Part shown: positions 15,401-29,438 of the stretch, one piece after another | How the letters are laid out: each line of letters starts with the position of its first letter | How positions within the stretch are numbered: the first letter of the stretch is position 1 | Assembly (NCBI GenBank): GCA_043228905.1 | Contig: JBHGNT010000022.1 | Location: 3,038,001 to 3,102,000 of the forward strand | Length of the DNA stretch: 64,000 nucleotides | Direction of reading: 5' to 3' | From: Azolla caroliniana | Taxonomy: Eukaryota > Plantae > Polypodiophyta | Made by a program: the position numbers and the translations under genes | Notes under the pieces: model-generated | What the model was told of the DNA's origin: nothing | Database searches by the model: none | What the model saw: the letters and a program-made list of their open reading frames with translations, nothing else

Positions 15401-15544
15401 TAAGTAGAGGATGGTAAATGCTTGGAAAAACAAATGAGATTGACATTGATTAGCTATGAGCCCCATCCCATCCCTTAGTTATCGAATCTTCGCAATAACG
15501 ATAACTTTGGCATTGCAACTGAGAAATAATAACATGCAATTGAC

Positions 15545-16085
15545 TTCTTTCTCTGTCTGTCTGTCTGTCTGTCTCTTTCTCAATTCAATTCTCAGTTTGT
15601 CCAAAACATCTCAAAAAAGAAAGAAGTTAAAAACAGAACACACACACACATTCTCTCTCTCAATCCTCTGTTTCTTTTACACACACATTTTCTCTCTCTC
15701 TCTCTCTCTCAATCCTCTGTTTCTTTTACTCAATCTGCTTTTGCTCTCTTTCTGTCTCTCTCTCTCAATCCTCTGTTTCTTTTACTCAATCTTCTTTTGC
15801 TCTCTTTCTGTCTCTCTCTCTCTCTCTCAATCCTCTGTTTTAGCCCTCACTCTACACAGTAATTTAATTTTATTTCTTTCTTCTTATCTGCATTTTCTCT
15901 TCTTTCATTCTCTTTTTCTTCTTCTTCCTATACATACATATTCTGTTTCCCCCACCTTTTTTCTCCATTCCTGCATTCCTTTTTTGTTTTTTTCTTCTTC
16001 TTCTTCTTCTTCTTCTTTTGTTCCTACTGAATCCTACTCTGTTTTTTTCTTCATTCATTCATTCATTCATTCATTCATTCATTGG
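15545..16085. repeat. CT-rich promoter/5'UTR with repeated motif tctctcaatcctctgttt (4 copies), (CTT)n and (TTCA)n
   Basis: Directly visible immediately upstream of the FAAH ATG. Confidence 0.8.
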
Positions 16086-16162
16086 TCTTCCTCATTTCCT
16101 TTTTTCCACGCTTTTATTCATTCTCTTTCCATCCTTCCTTCTTCAGTTTAGAGAATATCGGC

Positions 16163-19100
16163 ATGGAACAAGGACCCCCTTTCCAACCTGCGCGACTCAT
16201 CAGCACAGGTCCTGATAGCGATGCTCGCTATCTCCATGCCAACGTCAAAGGTACCCTTCTCTCGCGCTCCCCTCCCCCCCTTTTTTTGATCTTCTACTTC
16301 CTTTTTCTCTTCTTCTGTTCTCTTTATTCTAGGGTTTATGCGGAGTTTTAGAAAAAAAAAACTCCCTTTTGCATATATACATTTCTTGGTTTTGCAGAAT
16401 TTCGAAAATTAGTTTATTATAATAATTGTTATTAGGAAGTTTTATTGAGGAACTTGGATTGTTGTAGGCTTTTTTAAAACTAGTAAGGATGTTTTATTAT
16501 ATTATTAGGGTTTGTTTCATTTGGATTTTTTATTACTGGATTTTCTTTTCTTATTAGGAATTCTTTTTATTTGCTGTTTTAAGTTTCTCTAATCATAATA
16601 GTTTTGTCAGGGTTTTAAGAATCTAGGATATTCTTTTAGGAATTTTTTATTTTATTTTATTAGGCCTTTTTCGTTGGAAAGTTTTATCAAGGAATTTATT
16701 TATTTAAAGTTGTCTGTTAATGTTTAATGTTACTTAATGGTTTCTTTTACAGGTTTTACTTGGGTTTTTTTAGTTCAGGAAAAATGTGTTTTCTAGTTTA
16801 GTATTATAGCAGGGTTTTTAATTCAGTATCGTTTTTGTCTGTCTGATTCTAATGTTTGTGATATTTTTCAGCACCCATTATGTCAGGTCAGATTCTTAAA
16901 CTATTTGTTTGGTTCCTTGAATCGCGCATTTTTGGACCCTTTGTACTTCAATACTTGAAAGATGCGAATTTATTAACACAGGTACAAATGAAACGAAGGC
17001 CTAACTTGATTTTTGGTATTACTCTCTTACTTTTAAACTTAACTACGATGATTTCATCTGCAGACGTTTGTGAAGTCTCGATACCATGAGCCTCCAATGT
17101 ACACTCCTAAGTACCCTATAACATGTGAGTTTTCATGTCTCCAATTGATGACACAGCACAGTTTTGTATGTACACACATGAATTGATGCAATATTTGATG
17201 GCAATTCATTAAATTCGCATCTAATTGAGGTCTAATGACTCTAAATTCTTTTGTCTACATTATATTGGCGAAGTTAGATATGTATATGGATGTAATCTAG
17301 GAGATAATTGATTTATGTACACATCTAATAATAGCAATGCACTAACGTTCAAGTATATATACTTTTAATATGACTTTGTATAGTGGCTATGCAGTAACTT
17401 CTTCTATTTACAAATCTGAAATGATATGTATAATATAATGCTTGAAGTTCTTGTAGATAACAATGGCAATGTAAGGCTTCAAATTCTCATATATCACATA
17501 TATAATGCAATGCCTCAAATTCTTCTCTAGACACATCTATTATGGCATACGTAGTTATTGCGTGTTAAGTTAATTTACGTAAATACACATCTGATATCCC
17601 ACATATAGTGGCAATGAACACATGCAATATGCCACAAATAATGGTGGTGTACTCAAATAAATTCTTGCAAAATACACATCTGATATGTTTTTTTTAATAG
17701 AACGCACATAATTCCTGTGAATATATGCATGAAAAACTTGTATATGCCCAACTAATATGAATGATAATACATTACCTTAAGGCTTGTATAAAGCAATCCT
17801 AAGAATTATTGTATGTGCTATATGTACTGGTAATGCACTGAATTGTTGTGAAATGTTGGCCAGCTGTAGAAGAGCGTTTGGTTGAATCCCTAGATATCAA
17901 AACCTCTTCTTGTGACCGCATTGCATGTGCCAAAGAGTTTTTATTGCATCATGATACTCTTCATGGGTTTCATCGATGGACCATTATGGATTACCATAAA
18001 GCATATGTCACTGGAACCATCACACCTACCATGGTATGGCCATAAACTCTCAAAAGGATAATGGTCAAAACATATACAACCTGTTTGTGTATATAATGGT
18101 GTGAAATTATGCATATACTTTCATTTATTTCCTTAAAAGTGTCTTATATAGGTTGCGGAGCGTTTCCTTCAAGCTCTGAAACAATCGTTGCATCCAGCAC
18201 CAGGCATGAGTTTCTTCATTAATTGCTTTGAAGAAGATGTTATCAACCAAGCCAACTTGTCAACAAATCGGTATAAGGAAGGTTGTTCCTTTGCTCTTGA
18301 CTTTAATTTCTCTTTTTTCCTTTGTGCAGTAAAAACATATGACCATTTGGTGAGGGGAAGATCTCACCTGCTTAAAAGCATAGCATTGGTGTTATTATTA
18401 TTTTTTGTTTTTCAACTCATATATAAGCTGCTCCTAAAGTTTCTGACAAGTTTGAATGGAAAACTTGTTCTTTACTCATGCAGGAATGCAGTTGTCAATC
18501 CTCGATGGAGTACCCATAGCAGTGAAAGATGAGATTGATTGCGTACCTTATCCGACTACAGGTAAGCATAAAAAAGATTGTTTAGGGATGATTTATAATG
18601 CCCAATCCATGCTTATGTGCATTCTAGACTGGGTGTTAGCTGAATGTGTTTCCATTCCCCACTCGGTTAGACTTGGAGATGAAAATTATACAAAGGATTT
18701 TTGAGAATTTTTATTTTTATTTTTTCCCTGATCTTTTCATCTCTTTTTACAGGAGGCACAAAATGGCTAGGCATGGTAAGAGAGGTAAATGATGATGCGG
18801 ATTGTGTGAAACGGTTGCGTGAATGTGGTGCTGTTCTTGTTGGGAAGACTAATATGCACGAGCTAGGCATGGGTACAACCGGCATTAATCCACATTATGG
18901 GTGCAGCCCCTTTCCTTCTTAATATGCAAAATTTCGTGCCATTCTAAGACGTGTTTAAGTAAGTCAACTTGATGTCATTGATGACTAGTTATGATGAAGG
19001 GGTGTTTCCTTACGTGTTCAATGAATAGTTGGTTTTGAAGGTGATGCAGTTCATAGATGTAGTAGATTTAAAATTTTATATATACTTTTCATGATTGTCG

Positions 19101-22074
19101 GAGGATGTATATGAACCATTATGGCGTTGTCTTTCTATATGATGCAACTGAATTGTCTGATTTTAAAGAGGATATAGTTCCTAAACATGGTAGTTTGGTG
19201 TTTTTGGTCTTTAATATGGTTATTATGAGTACGTGATTTCATCATTGGTGATGCAGCTGGCTATTTTAATTTCAGTGCCTCAAGAAATCCCTACGATAAG
19301 ACTAAATTTTCAGGAGGTTCTTCCGGGGGTTCAGCTGGTGTTGTTGCCGCTGGTCTCTGCCCAGCTGCCCTTGGGGTTGATGGTGGAGGTATACCACCAT
19401 TTTGCTTCCTTTTTTGGTTGTTTTACAAACATTACGAGAATGATATTATTGTTAACATCACAATAATGATATTGTGCTCTCTATGAATTTGTATAAAGAG
19501 AAGTAAATCATTGGAAGATTTTTCCCCAGGATCCGTTCGTATGCCATCAGCTCTTTGTGGAATAGTTGGGTTTAAGGCCACATTTGGACGGGTTTCCCCA
19601 TCTGGGTGGGTACAATTTAACTTTCCTAATTGAGATTAGTTTTCTTTTAGAATTTCGTTGATTACACATGTGACCAGAAAGCAACCCTATTTTCAACAGT
19701 GTCTTGCCGCTGAACTGGAGTGTTGGCATGGTCGGGATTCATGCGGCAACAGTGGAGGATTCTTTTATACTGTGAGAAAGAGAGTATATATCAAGTTTTT
19801 TGTCCTGTGTGCTTGTGTTTTCTACATTCTAAACTTAAATTTTCCCCATATCGGCTCATGACAGTTACACTGTAATACATGCACCTCTTTCGACTGATGG
19901 TCTAAGTTCAAATCCGGTATTATACTTCCTCTCAGACATTGTCTACTTGCATTTTTGTATGGTGGGCTTAGTAGATCTCTCCACAGGGTGATGTTGCGTG
20001 ATGCTCTGACTAATCTAAAAGTGGCTATTGGCTTGTGTTCTGTTAATTTACAGCCTTCATTGAACCTGCCCTTGCTAAACAAAATTGGTAAACCAGAATG
20101 TAACAAGTTGATTAAAAGCATCAGATTTGCAAAGTATACCAGGGTATGTATATAAAAGGTTGAAAAATGTACATTTTATTGCTTGGACACACTTATTCTT
20201 CCAGCGTGCTAGAGTTCTTAATGCTGGTTTCTATAGGATATTTTTGTAACATTGTATCAGATGGTGTTTATAAAATTCAGGTTTATCCGTTATCTAGGTC
20301 TTTGTAGATGTTAACATTACATAGTACGATTCATTGTTGTTTTTATATCAGAGCTGTACCCTTGTGGTAAGGCAAGTTTTACTAGTCCATGCACCCCTTA
20401 GTTCAAATCTCACTATATGTATTACTTTGGTAGTTTTCACTTTAATTCTCTCTCACGCTCTCATGTATGTGTACAAAACTTTCATGCAGTGGTTTGAAGA
20501 CTGTGATCCTTCAGTACTTAACAATTGTCTCAAAGCATTGGACAAAATACAGCATCAGTATGGATGTGAGGTGTATGCACTGAGATTATTTGTTTATTTT
20601 TCAAATGTGTGGAATAGAAACATTGTTTATAGTTTATGACAGGTCGGTCCTGTTTCTCATTTTTTTTTACAGATTATAGAAGTCACGCTGCCAGAGGTTG
20701 AGGAAATGCGACTTGCACATTATGTTACAATTGCATCCGAAGCCTACACATCTCTTGGGCTTGATTACTTGAACCGGTATGGATATATCATCATAGGGGA
20801 AGCACACCAAAATATAACCCCCCTACCTTTTTTGTTATTTACCTGGATACCTCTCTGCAGTACTAAATTTTCATGACAAGGACTGCAGAGGTAAATCTGG
20901 TGATTTCTGAAAAAGTATTTTGTTAGGAATATTTTGGGTGGTTTTCCCCTGCTTAATAACCAGATAAATGTTAAAAGGCTATGAATGCGTAACCTTTTAC
21001 ATGGGTGTTTTTTAGTGGACAAAAGACGTCTGGTCTAGATACTCGTGCAGGTTTTGCTGTGTACTCCTCTTTTCAAAGTAAGGAATATCTTGCGGCACAA
21101 AGGATGAGGTTAGACAACTCACATACACACATATGAAGACAAAACATACATGGGGTAGTTTATCAATATTAGCTAGTTCCAGGAAAATATAAATCAACGT
21201 TGTTGATAAAATTTTCAGGTCTCGGCAGATGCACTATCACATGGAGATATTTGAGAAGGCTGATATTATAGTAACGCCAACGACAGGGTAATTTCAATCT
21301 CTTTTCTCTTGCAAGGATTTCCCGTACTCTCTTCCTAACATACTCGCCAACAGGTGTACTGCACAAAATGTAAATGAAGCCGCACTTAAATACGGAGAAT
21401 TAAACTATGTTGATGGAGGTAATAAACTAACTTATATATTTAAAATCATGTGATAATATCATTTTCATTATTAGGATCTTGTTAATCAAGGCTATAGAGT
21501 AGGCCTATGTCATGTAGTTTCTTTCCATTTGAAGTTATTTAGACTATATAAATTTCATCCGTACCCTTTTTCTCCTTCACCTTTTGCAGCCAAGATAATA
21601 CGGTACCAGATTGCAGGAAACTTTCTTGGGCTTCCAGCAATAACAATACCGGTACGATTTCTTCCACCATTGTTTTTTTGCATTTCTTGTGAAAATATAG
21701 CATTAACTGATGTTTGTTGTGTTACATTGAGTCAATCTTGGAGCCAATATTTTTTCTTTCCAGGTTGGCTATGATGATGATGGGATGCCAATTGGGCTTC
21801 AGTTACTTGGACGCCCATGGTCAGAGGCTACATTATTGATGGTTGCATCAGCCATAGAGGTAAATGTAAAAGAACCAGGACTAAATATTAAGACTTACAT
21901 ATGAGAATATTTTAGAAAATCCAGTTGGGATTTATGAAACATTTTCAAAATATCAAAATTGAAACATGATGTTAAATTATATCTTGAAATTTGTATTATA
22001 ACTATTTTCTGCCCTTGCAGAGACTCTATGCATCAGAGATGAAGCGACCGGATGTGTATTATGATTTGTTGTGA
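16163..22074 (+). CDS. FAAH: Fatty acid amide hydrolase (amidase signature family, group II-like), 20 exons, 603 aa
   Basis: GT-AG exons 16163-16250, 16872-16981, 17064-17124, 17864-18033, 18152-18281, 18484-18561, 18753-18900, 19276-19388, 19530-19605, 19700-19771, 19865-19916, 20054-20143, 20490-20570, 20673-20776, 21016-21108, 21219-21287, 21354-21418, 21590-21651, 21764-21859 and 22021-22074 sum to 1812 nt in frame. Motifs include [10 protein letters not shown] (catalytic Lys), [26 protein letters not shown] (nucleophile Ser) and [13 protein letters not shown]. Confidence 0.95.
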
Positions 22075-22242
22075 GGATCATATTTCTTGTAAAAGGTGTC
22101 CTGATGTGGCACACATTCTTTTCTTTTTATGAAATAATAAAATAAGTGGAAGCCGATGGCATGCATTCTTTCTATGAACTTGGAATATTTGTATTGAAAG
22201 TGAGAGAACTGGAAAAACGCGTAAAGTTTTGATTAGGGATGC

Positions 22243-22500
22243 GGCAGAACAAACCCAGAAAGGGCACACATTGCGTTGTGTAAATGTTCGTTTTCCTTCA
22301 ATGCTGTAATTAACCTGTTAAGTTTTCATTACGGACATGGCAGAACAAACCCAGAAGGGCACACATTGCCTTGTGTAAATGTTGTTTTCCGTCAATGATG
22401 TAATTAACCTGTTAAGTTTTCATTATGGATGTGACAGAACAAACCCAGAAGGGAACACAGTGCTTTGAGCAAATGTTATTTTCTGTCAATGATGTGATTG
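22243..22500. repeat. ~97-bp tandem repeat, ~2.6 copies, 3' of FAAH
   Basis: cagaacaaacccagaagg... recurs at ~22245, ~22341 and ~22436. Confidence 0.85.
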
Positions 22501-22959
22501 TGTGATATCTCGTGGCATCATGGAGATTTAGTTATTTAGGATTTTGTTTTTTATGTGACGGGTTTGTTATTAGTGAGTGTTATTAGTAAGCGGTGATCAT
22601 GAATCAAAATAATGTACTTAATGAACAAGAATTTTAGCTAGCTTAATTCACATTGCCATTTTCCATAATATGTTCTGTATGATATTTATGTTTTTAATTC
22701 AATCCAAGTTGTGAGTGTAACTTTACATGGTTACATGTAATGTTTTCACTGCAAACTATGTGGGCCAAAGGTGTAACCTTTTATGTATATTATAGATGTG
22801 TGCTTCTGTTAGATTGATTTGATCACCCAATTCCTCTTGACTGTAAGACAGCAATGCTCATGTTGGCAAGGTTTTGCCTGATTGAATTGTTGATGCTACA
22901 TTTGTGTGTAACTATTATTTTCACTGGTCAACTTGTGTGAAACAAAAAATGTTGTGTAG

Positions 22960-23270
22960 CTAATTTAGAATATAAATCTGTTTATATTTATAAAGCCGTA
23001 TAATAATAAACCATTGGTTTCTTGCAACGAAATAAGGATACACCCAAATCAGAACAAGTGACTGTGACTGATTTGCCATAGTGTTAAAACAATTTGGTGT
23101 ATTGAGCAAGAATAGTAATTTTAGAATATAAATCTGTTGATATCGATAAACCTGTATAAATTGATTATGTTATCCCATTGGTTTTGGACACCAAAAGGAC
23201 ATGCCCAAATGAGAACAATTGTGATTTTGAATTGCTGAAGTGTTAAAACAGGCTAGTACCTTGAGCAAGA
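22960..23270. repeat. Diverged ~155-bp direct duplication
   Basis: tttagaatataaatctgtt...gtgttaaaaca...ttgagcaagaa occurs twice (~22963 and ~23119). Confidence 0.7.
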
Positions 23271-24433
23271 ACTACCATAAGTAAGAATCCAAAAAGAGAA
23301 TGAATTGCAAGAATTACCACAGTACTCTATATTTGGCGTCATTGCAATCCAAAAAGAGAATGAATTTCTTGGCAGTTTCTGAAGTCAGAAAAAATTATGT
23401 TAACTTTATTCTAAGAAGGTTACTGTTAAGTTGTCGCAATCTGGAGAGCAGAATAGAAATTGACAAGTATGTTGCCAAATGAAGCATCAAAATCTTTGAT
23501 GTTGCAAAATTTGTTTGCTTATGTATATTGGATTGTATAAGGACTGGATTTGCATGGTTCCCAACAAGCATCAGGTGTCTTTCCCTTTTCAAATGTACGG
23601 GTATCACAATGTATTCAATTTATTGCTGCATGTGCACCGATGAGGAACAATTGTTACAATATTTTTGTACATGCAGTGTGGTGCTATTCTATGGGATCCA
23701 AACATAAGCCAAGCCTACACATTGTTTCTAGGTAGAAGTGGCTTCCAATGTACCACATAACTGTGATTCCAGGCATCAAATAGCCAATTCATCCCCTTCT
23801 CTCAGTCAAAGGTAATATAAAAAATGGCCAATTCATCCTCTATTCACTGTCAATGGGTAACGGGGGTTAGGGGACACTGAAAAATACACAAAGTGCCTTT
23901 TTTTTATAGGGCACATAAAAGTTATGTATCTTAAAATTTAAGCATTTGTATTTGGTAGTATCACTTAGGGTCTTGGGATTAAATATACATCACAAGTTGT
24001 GAGATTAAATATTCATCCATCAATTTATACCCTTTTTTGAATGATAAAAAAGAATAACCATTGATAAAGAATTGAGTATTTTCTAAGTGCCTTTGAACAC
24101 CAGTAGGGGATGGCACAAGAAGGGATTCTTAGTAGACCACCTGGAAGTGATAGCATTTTACTCCTACCCAATTATATACGATAATGAAGAGTAACCTAAA
24201 TCATCTGAAAGTTATCTTCAAATAAAAATCGACCCTCTCTTGCCCCTATGGCCTGGGTAAATAAATGTTGTCTCCACAGTTGCTTGAACATGAAATGCTT
24301 GTACATGTTAAGCCTTAGATATCGAATGTTGGACATTCGAAGAATTTCTCGAAGTGAAGCAAAACATTTCTTTTAAGGGTTTGGAGGCATCATTGCCTGA
24401 ACCCCTTTAGACAAGGCCATCCAACCATCATAA

Positions 24434-27320
24434 CTATAGTTCTTTTGATAACCTTTGAATCATCTCTACCAAAACCTTCATTTCCTCCTCAAACATGAGG
24501 TCTTCTGCCTTGATAACAGTGCACTTCACTGATATCTCGTCATTGTAAGTCTCTTCTTTAACCTTCAATTTGAACAATTTTGGCACAAAAAGAAGCTTAC
24601 GGATGGTATCATTAAATCGTAGATTATCTTCCTCCTTAAGGAAATAAAGCTCCTTAGCCGAGATACCCATGATCTCTTCACCCGCCTCTTGGAAAGCAGT
24701 CACCCATGTGACCCCTGATTGATCTTGTATTTGCAATGAAAGAAGATATCTACGTTCACACTCGGCCACTGATTGCCCACACCGATCACAATGCCAGGTA
24801 CCATCACTATCTTTTAAAACTTTTCGGTTACACTGCTTTCCGCCCACGAGAATAGGACATGCCGGGTAGCAAAACTTATCAGTCTTTATAAAGGAAATGG
24901 TACCTTTAATTACGATCCAATCAGGCCTTCCGGACCTACCGAGCCCTTCACCTTTGATTTGGGATATCACTTTCCTCATCTCAGGATGTGTACATGAGCC
25001 CCCTTCTTGTGACAAAGATCGATGAGTCAATGTCTTATCTTCCTTTCCTTTAATGCTCTCGAAAGAGAGTTTCAATTGTTTTGCTTCGGGAAGGTCGGGG
25101 TCAACAAGTAACTGTGTGGTCGAGATTGTTCCGATCGATTTTCCACTAAAGTCACTAATCCGACCGGCCTTAACAGCCAAAATGGGTGGTTCTTTGGAAT
25201 CGGAGTCGCAAATCTCTTTCAGAACCTTCCCTTCTCTTCCACAAAATGCACCCCATAATGTAATCTCTATAGTTCGACCAGAGCTATCCCACAACTCAGC
25301 TGTTAGCTTCTGTGTTTCGGTACCATTCTTTCGCAGAATTGTAGTGATAGGACTGACCCTGAGCACAACCCCAATTACATCTACTATCACATTCCCTTCC
25401 ATGTTTTCAAGGTCTTTTATTGGAAGAAATTCAAACCTTTGTTGAGGTATGTTTATTAAATTCTCTTCTTCTTCGTTACACACCTCAATGATTGATGAAG
25501 CTTCTAGAAATATTTCCCAATCATTCTTCAAATGATTGAAGTTCCTTTGCACTGGTTTCAGGTTTCCTTTAGAGATCATGTAAATTTTTCCCACTTCAAT
25601 TCGATCCAAGAATTGGTCGGCCGCAGAGTTAAAACAAGTAGCTCGTATTTCACCACCATCGGCGTCCAAGAGATCAAAGCTAAAAACTTTCCCGCTGCTT
25701 TTTGCAGTGTTAAACCTCCGAACCTCACCTTTTGCAGTAACACGTGCCTTGATGGCCCATCGACCTTGGTAAGGATTCAATGCTGATATTGGCATTATCT
25801 TGGCTGGTGCTTGATTCCGAGAAATAGATCCTTTTTGAGAGTAAATAGGGGTAGGTTCATAGGCTATTGAGACCACTGGCTTTCTATAAGAAAAATCGTT
25901 TTGACTCTTATCTCTATTACTAATAGTATGTGTGGATGCATCATTACCCCCACACATTTCTCTTCTTGGTTCAGGTGTAGATGGTCCACTATTTGTTTCT
26001 TCATTATGGCATATATCACTTTGCTTTTTTGATGGTGATTTATTTCCATCTAAAAGAAGCTGTTTCGGATTTCCTATCGTTTCAGCCGAGAAACCCATAA
26101 TTTCCATGTTAAGAACCATGATTACCCTGCACTGTCAAAAAAGGTTAACAAATAGAATGGGAAAAGATTCTTCTGAAGTTAATGCATAGAATTCTGAATT
26201 TAGAACAAAGAAGAAAAAACGAGTGGAAACAAAAAGATATGTTAAGGGTGAAGGTGATACACACAAATGAATCTAACAAATTGAGAACCAAGCGAGCCAT
26301 CTCAATAGCATGATGGTAATTAACTCGCAATAAAAAATACCATCTCTATGGCATGATTGTAGTGGATTTGAAATGAAGAAAACCATTTGTATGGCACGAT
26401 TCTAATGAATTCAGAATTAAAAATACCTCCTCTATGCATCACTCTAGTAAATTACCGTACCTATTCCATAATTCTAATGAATTCTCATACCTATTGCATG
26501 ATTCTAATGAAATCAAAACCAAGTTGAAATTCTAATAAATTCTCATAATTATCGCATGTTTCTAATGATTTGAATGGCATGGGCTTTGTTGGCTCTGGCT
26601 CTGAATCTGTTAGAATCATATCATTATTATGGCATTTCATGACAAACTCCAATGGCTAAAGCACATGCCTATCCACAAATGACTCTTATTGAACAAAACC
26701 ACAAAAACATCTTAACCTATTCTAACTCCAAAATCTCCCACCTCCATCAATAGATTCTGACACAGGGAATCTAAAAGTAGACATTCAACCACGAGAATAT
26801 ATAAGCCTGACATCCCTAAACTTATTCTATATTGAGAGAAACTCCTGAAAAAGAGAGAGAGGGAAAAACCTACTTTTCCATGAATAAACATGCCGATAAC
26901 AATGGTAGTAGTGAGAAAAAACATGCGAATCCATAAATGGAAATAACAAGAAGGAGAATAACAAAAGAAGAAGAAGAAGAAGAAGAAGAAGAAGAGATAT
27001 ATTTACTTGAGGCCATTAGGATTGATGCTACTGAGGACGTAATCAACCAGTTGTATGACAGATCCTTTAAGGAGGCGACCAGATCGGATGGTGGGGATGA
27101 GCTGAGATGCGAGGATGCTCTGTTGAACAGAGGTGCCATCAGAGAGGAGGAGGCGATAACGATTCGGATTCGGATTCGGATTCCTCTGATGCTGATTCTT
27201 CGGTTGGATAGAGATCTCCTTGACATCTAGAACTTGAAGGAGGGGTCTGAGATCCACGCATCCATTGATGATGGCAGAGATGGAATTGGGCGTTAGAGAG
27301 TGGAATTGGGCAGAACTCAT
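24434..27320 (-). CDS. RPA1: Replication protein A 70-kDa subunit (RPA1A-like), 2 exons, 668 aa
   Basis: Exon 1 27320-27007 encodes the N-terminal OB domain (LTPNSI..LRPLLQV..RYRLLLSDG). The phase-2 intron joins AA|G VIMVLNME to exon 26126-24434. The protein has PISALNPYQGRWAIKARVTAK, GKVFSFDLLD and a C4 zinc finger (CP..CNRK..CDRC). There is no C-terminal CCHC extension of the RPA1C/E type. Confidence 0.95.
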
Positions 27321-27554
27321 ATCTCTCCTTCTTCTGTTCCTTTCCTTCCTTCCTTCTCTGTGTCTGTGTCTGTGTCACAAAATCGCCCACATGAGGCAGA
27401 GGCAGAGGCAGAGGCAGAGGCACCCCCCCAAACCAAATCTCACAAAAATGCCCTCACACTTTCTCTTAATTCCCAAAACTACCCCTTTTGGGAAACCTCT
27501 GAAAACCACAAGCCTCTCACCAGGCCATACATTCACATACTGTATATGCTTGAT

Positions 27555-28000
27555 GATTTCGTGTCCTATAGAAACTCAAGACTCTTTCCGGAAAGATCCG
27601 TTGGGGAGTTAAGTTAAGTTAGTTCATCACATACACGATTTCGTGTCCTATACACCCTCGAGGCTCTCTCCGGAAAGATCCATTGGGGAGTTAAGTTAAG
27701 CTAGTTAGTTACTTCATCACATTCACGATTTTGTCTCCTAATGAAACTCGAGACTCTCTCTGGAAAGATCCATTGGGGATTTAAGTTAAGTTAGTTAGTT
27801 ACTTCATCACATTCACGATTTCGTCTCCTAATGAAACTCGAGACTCTTTCCGGAAAGATCCTTTGGGGATTTAAGTTAAGTTAAGTTAGTTAGTTCGTTA
27901 CTTCATCACATACACGATTTCTTGTCCTACAGAAACTCGAGACTCTCTCCGGAAAGATCCATTAAGGAGTTAAGTTAGTTAGTTAGTTCATCGCATACAT
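27555..28000. repeat. Five-copy ~82-99-bp tandem repeat upstream of RPA1
   Basis: Units start gattt at ~27555, 27637, 27727, 27817 and 27916. Each has ..tctYtccggaaagatcc..gggga.ttaagttaag(ttag)n..ttcatcac. Confidence 0.92.
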
Positions 28001-29438
28001 ATGTCGAAAGATTCGGTCGTGTTGTGTTGCCCACCTGAGGAGATGTTTGATGTGAGAACTCACAACCTGACACATAAAAGCCCTTTGTCTGTTGATATAG
28101 TCGTCGATCCAGCACATGTTTAAGAAACTATCTATCTATCACGAAAGTTTCATGGACATGTCTTGATGTTAAAAAAGCCCTTTGTTTGTTGATACAATCG
28201 ATCGAGCCTGTGTTTAAGAAACTATCTATCTATCTATCTATCTATCATGCAAGTTTCATGGACATACATCTCTTGATGTATTACGATCTTCTATGCCATG
28301 TGGGTGGCCATTTACTATATCGTCAGGTGGGCGGAGTGCATGGAATAATGGTCTAAGGTGATGACTACCATCATGTGACTTCACTTGCTTCCCACTTAAA
28401 TTCAGTGTTTCCTCACTCTGACCTAGAAGTTTACACCTCTCCTTTGGTATATACCACCCACTCTATCACTTCACCTAGTTAATATTTATCTGACATCTAT
28501 CGTCATAGCTTGACATCGGATATTCCCATGATTTTGTGGATGCTCTTATTGCCTTGCAAGGAGTCATATATAATCTCAACGATGAGGAGTATTGGAAACA
28601 AAAAAGTGTCTCATCCAAGAGGTTGCTTGCAACACCCTCTCCTTGGAGAGGCACACATAATATCATTAGTACAAACGAAGAATAGTGCATTTATTAGATG
28701 CACAAAACAAACATTTATAAATAGTTTTTGGAACACTTTTTTGAGGCATTGAGGTGGTTCTCCAATACCATCCTTCAAATGGGGAACCCCATAGTGCTAG
28801 GTGGTAGGGAACTACAAAACTATAATAGTTAGATGTGTTTGTACCAAGTTTTGCAAGTCAATCTTAGAGAAAGAGCTCAACAAATGGGTTGAGCAACATA
28901 GAGTGAATGGTAGAGGCTAGATATTTTCCAAAATAACAAATCTTTACATTCTAGCCATTCTAGCTTGAAATTGATTGTTGCTTTGTGGACTTCACCAATG
29001 CATGAGGTGGGGAATGATGGACACATTGATATTTATTGTAATATATTTAGATGGCATTTTGTGCATTTGACCCACCAAAATGACTCTAATGCCACTTGAT
29101 GCATTTCAACCATTTGGTTATGATCAATAATTGACATCAAACATTAGAAAGACTGAAGTGATGATCTTTAACAACTCTTAAACTTTGATTAGTCGATTTG
29201 GTAGATATTGTGACCCATATGTATACTAAATTCAACATGGGGAGGTAAGTAGACGTGGTTAGACAGTTCTTGTGATGATAATATCCCTTGTTATTATGAG
29301 TCATGCCTAATTCGAGCTAATTTGGGGAAACGAAACCAATGAAATCTTTCTAATTACAAAGTCATAATGACATTCACCTCTCCAATGATGTGAGATGATT
29401 GATTGGTAAACTTTCTGTAATTCATAATGGGTACATCC

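Noticed and set aside
15456-16151. 231-aa hydrophobic ORF
   Set aside because: It is a translation of CT/TTC microsatellites upstream of FAAH.
26335-26924. Extra RPA1 exon (ORF 26712-26924) and attctaatga repeats
   Set aside because: Exon 1 splices in frame directly to 26126 and gives a canonical RPA1; the repeats are degenerate intronic sequence.
27555-28000. CRISPR-like appearance of the palindromic repeats
   Set aside because: Whole units repeat with no unique spacers, there are no cas genes, and the context is eukaryotic.
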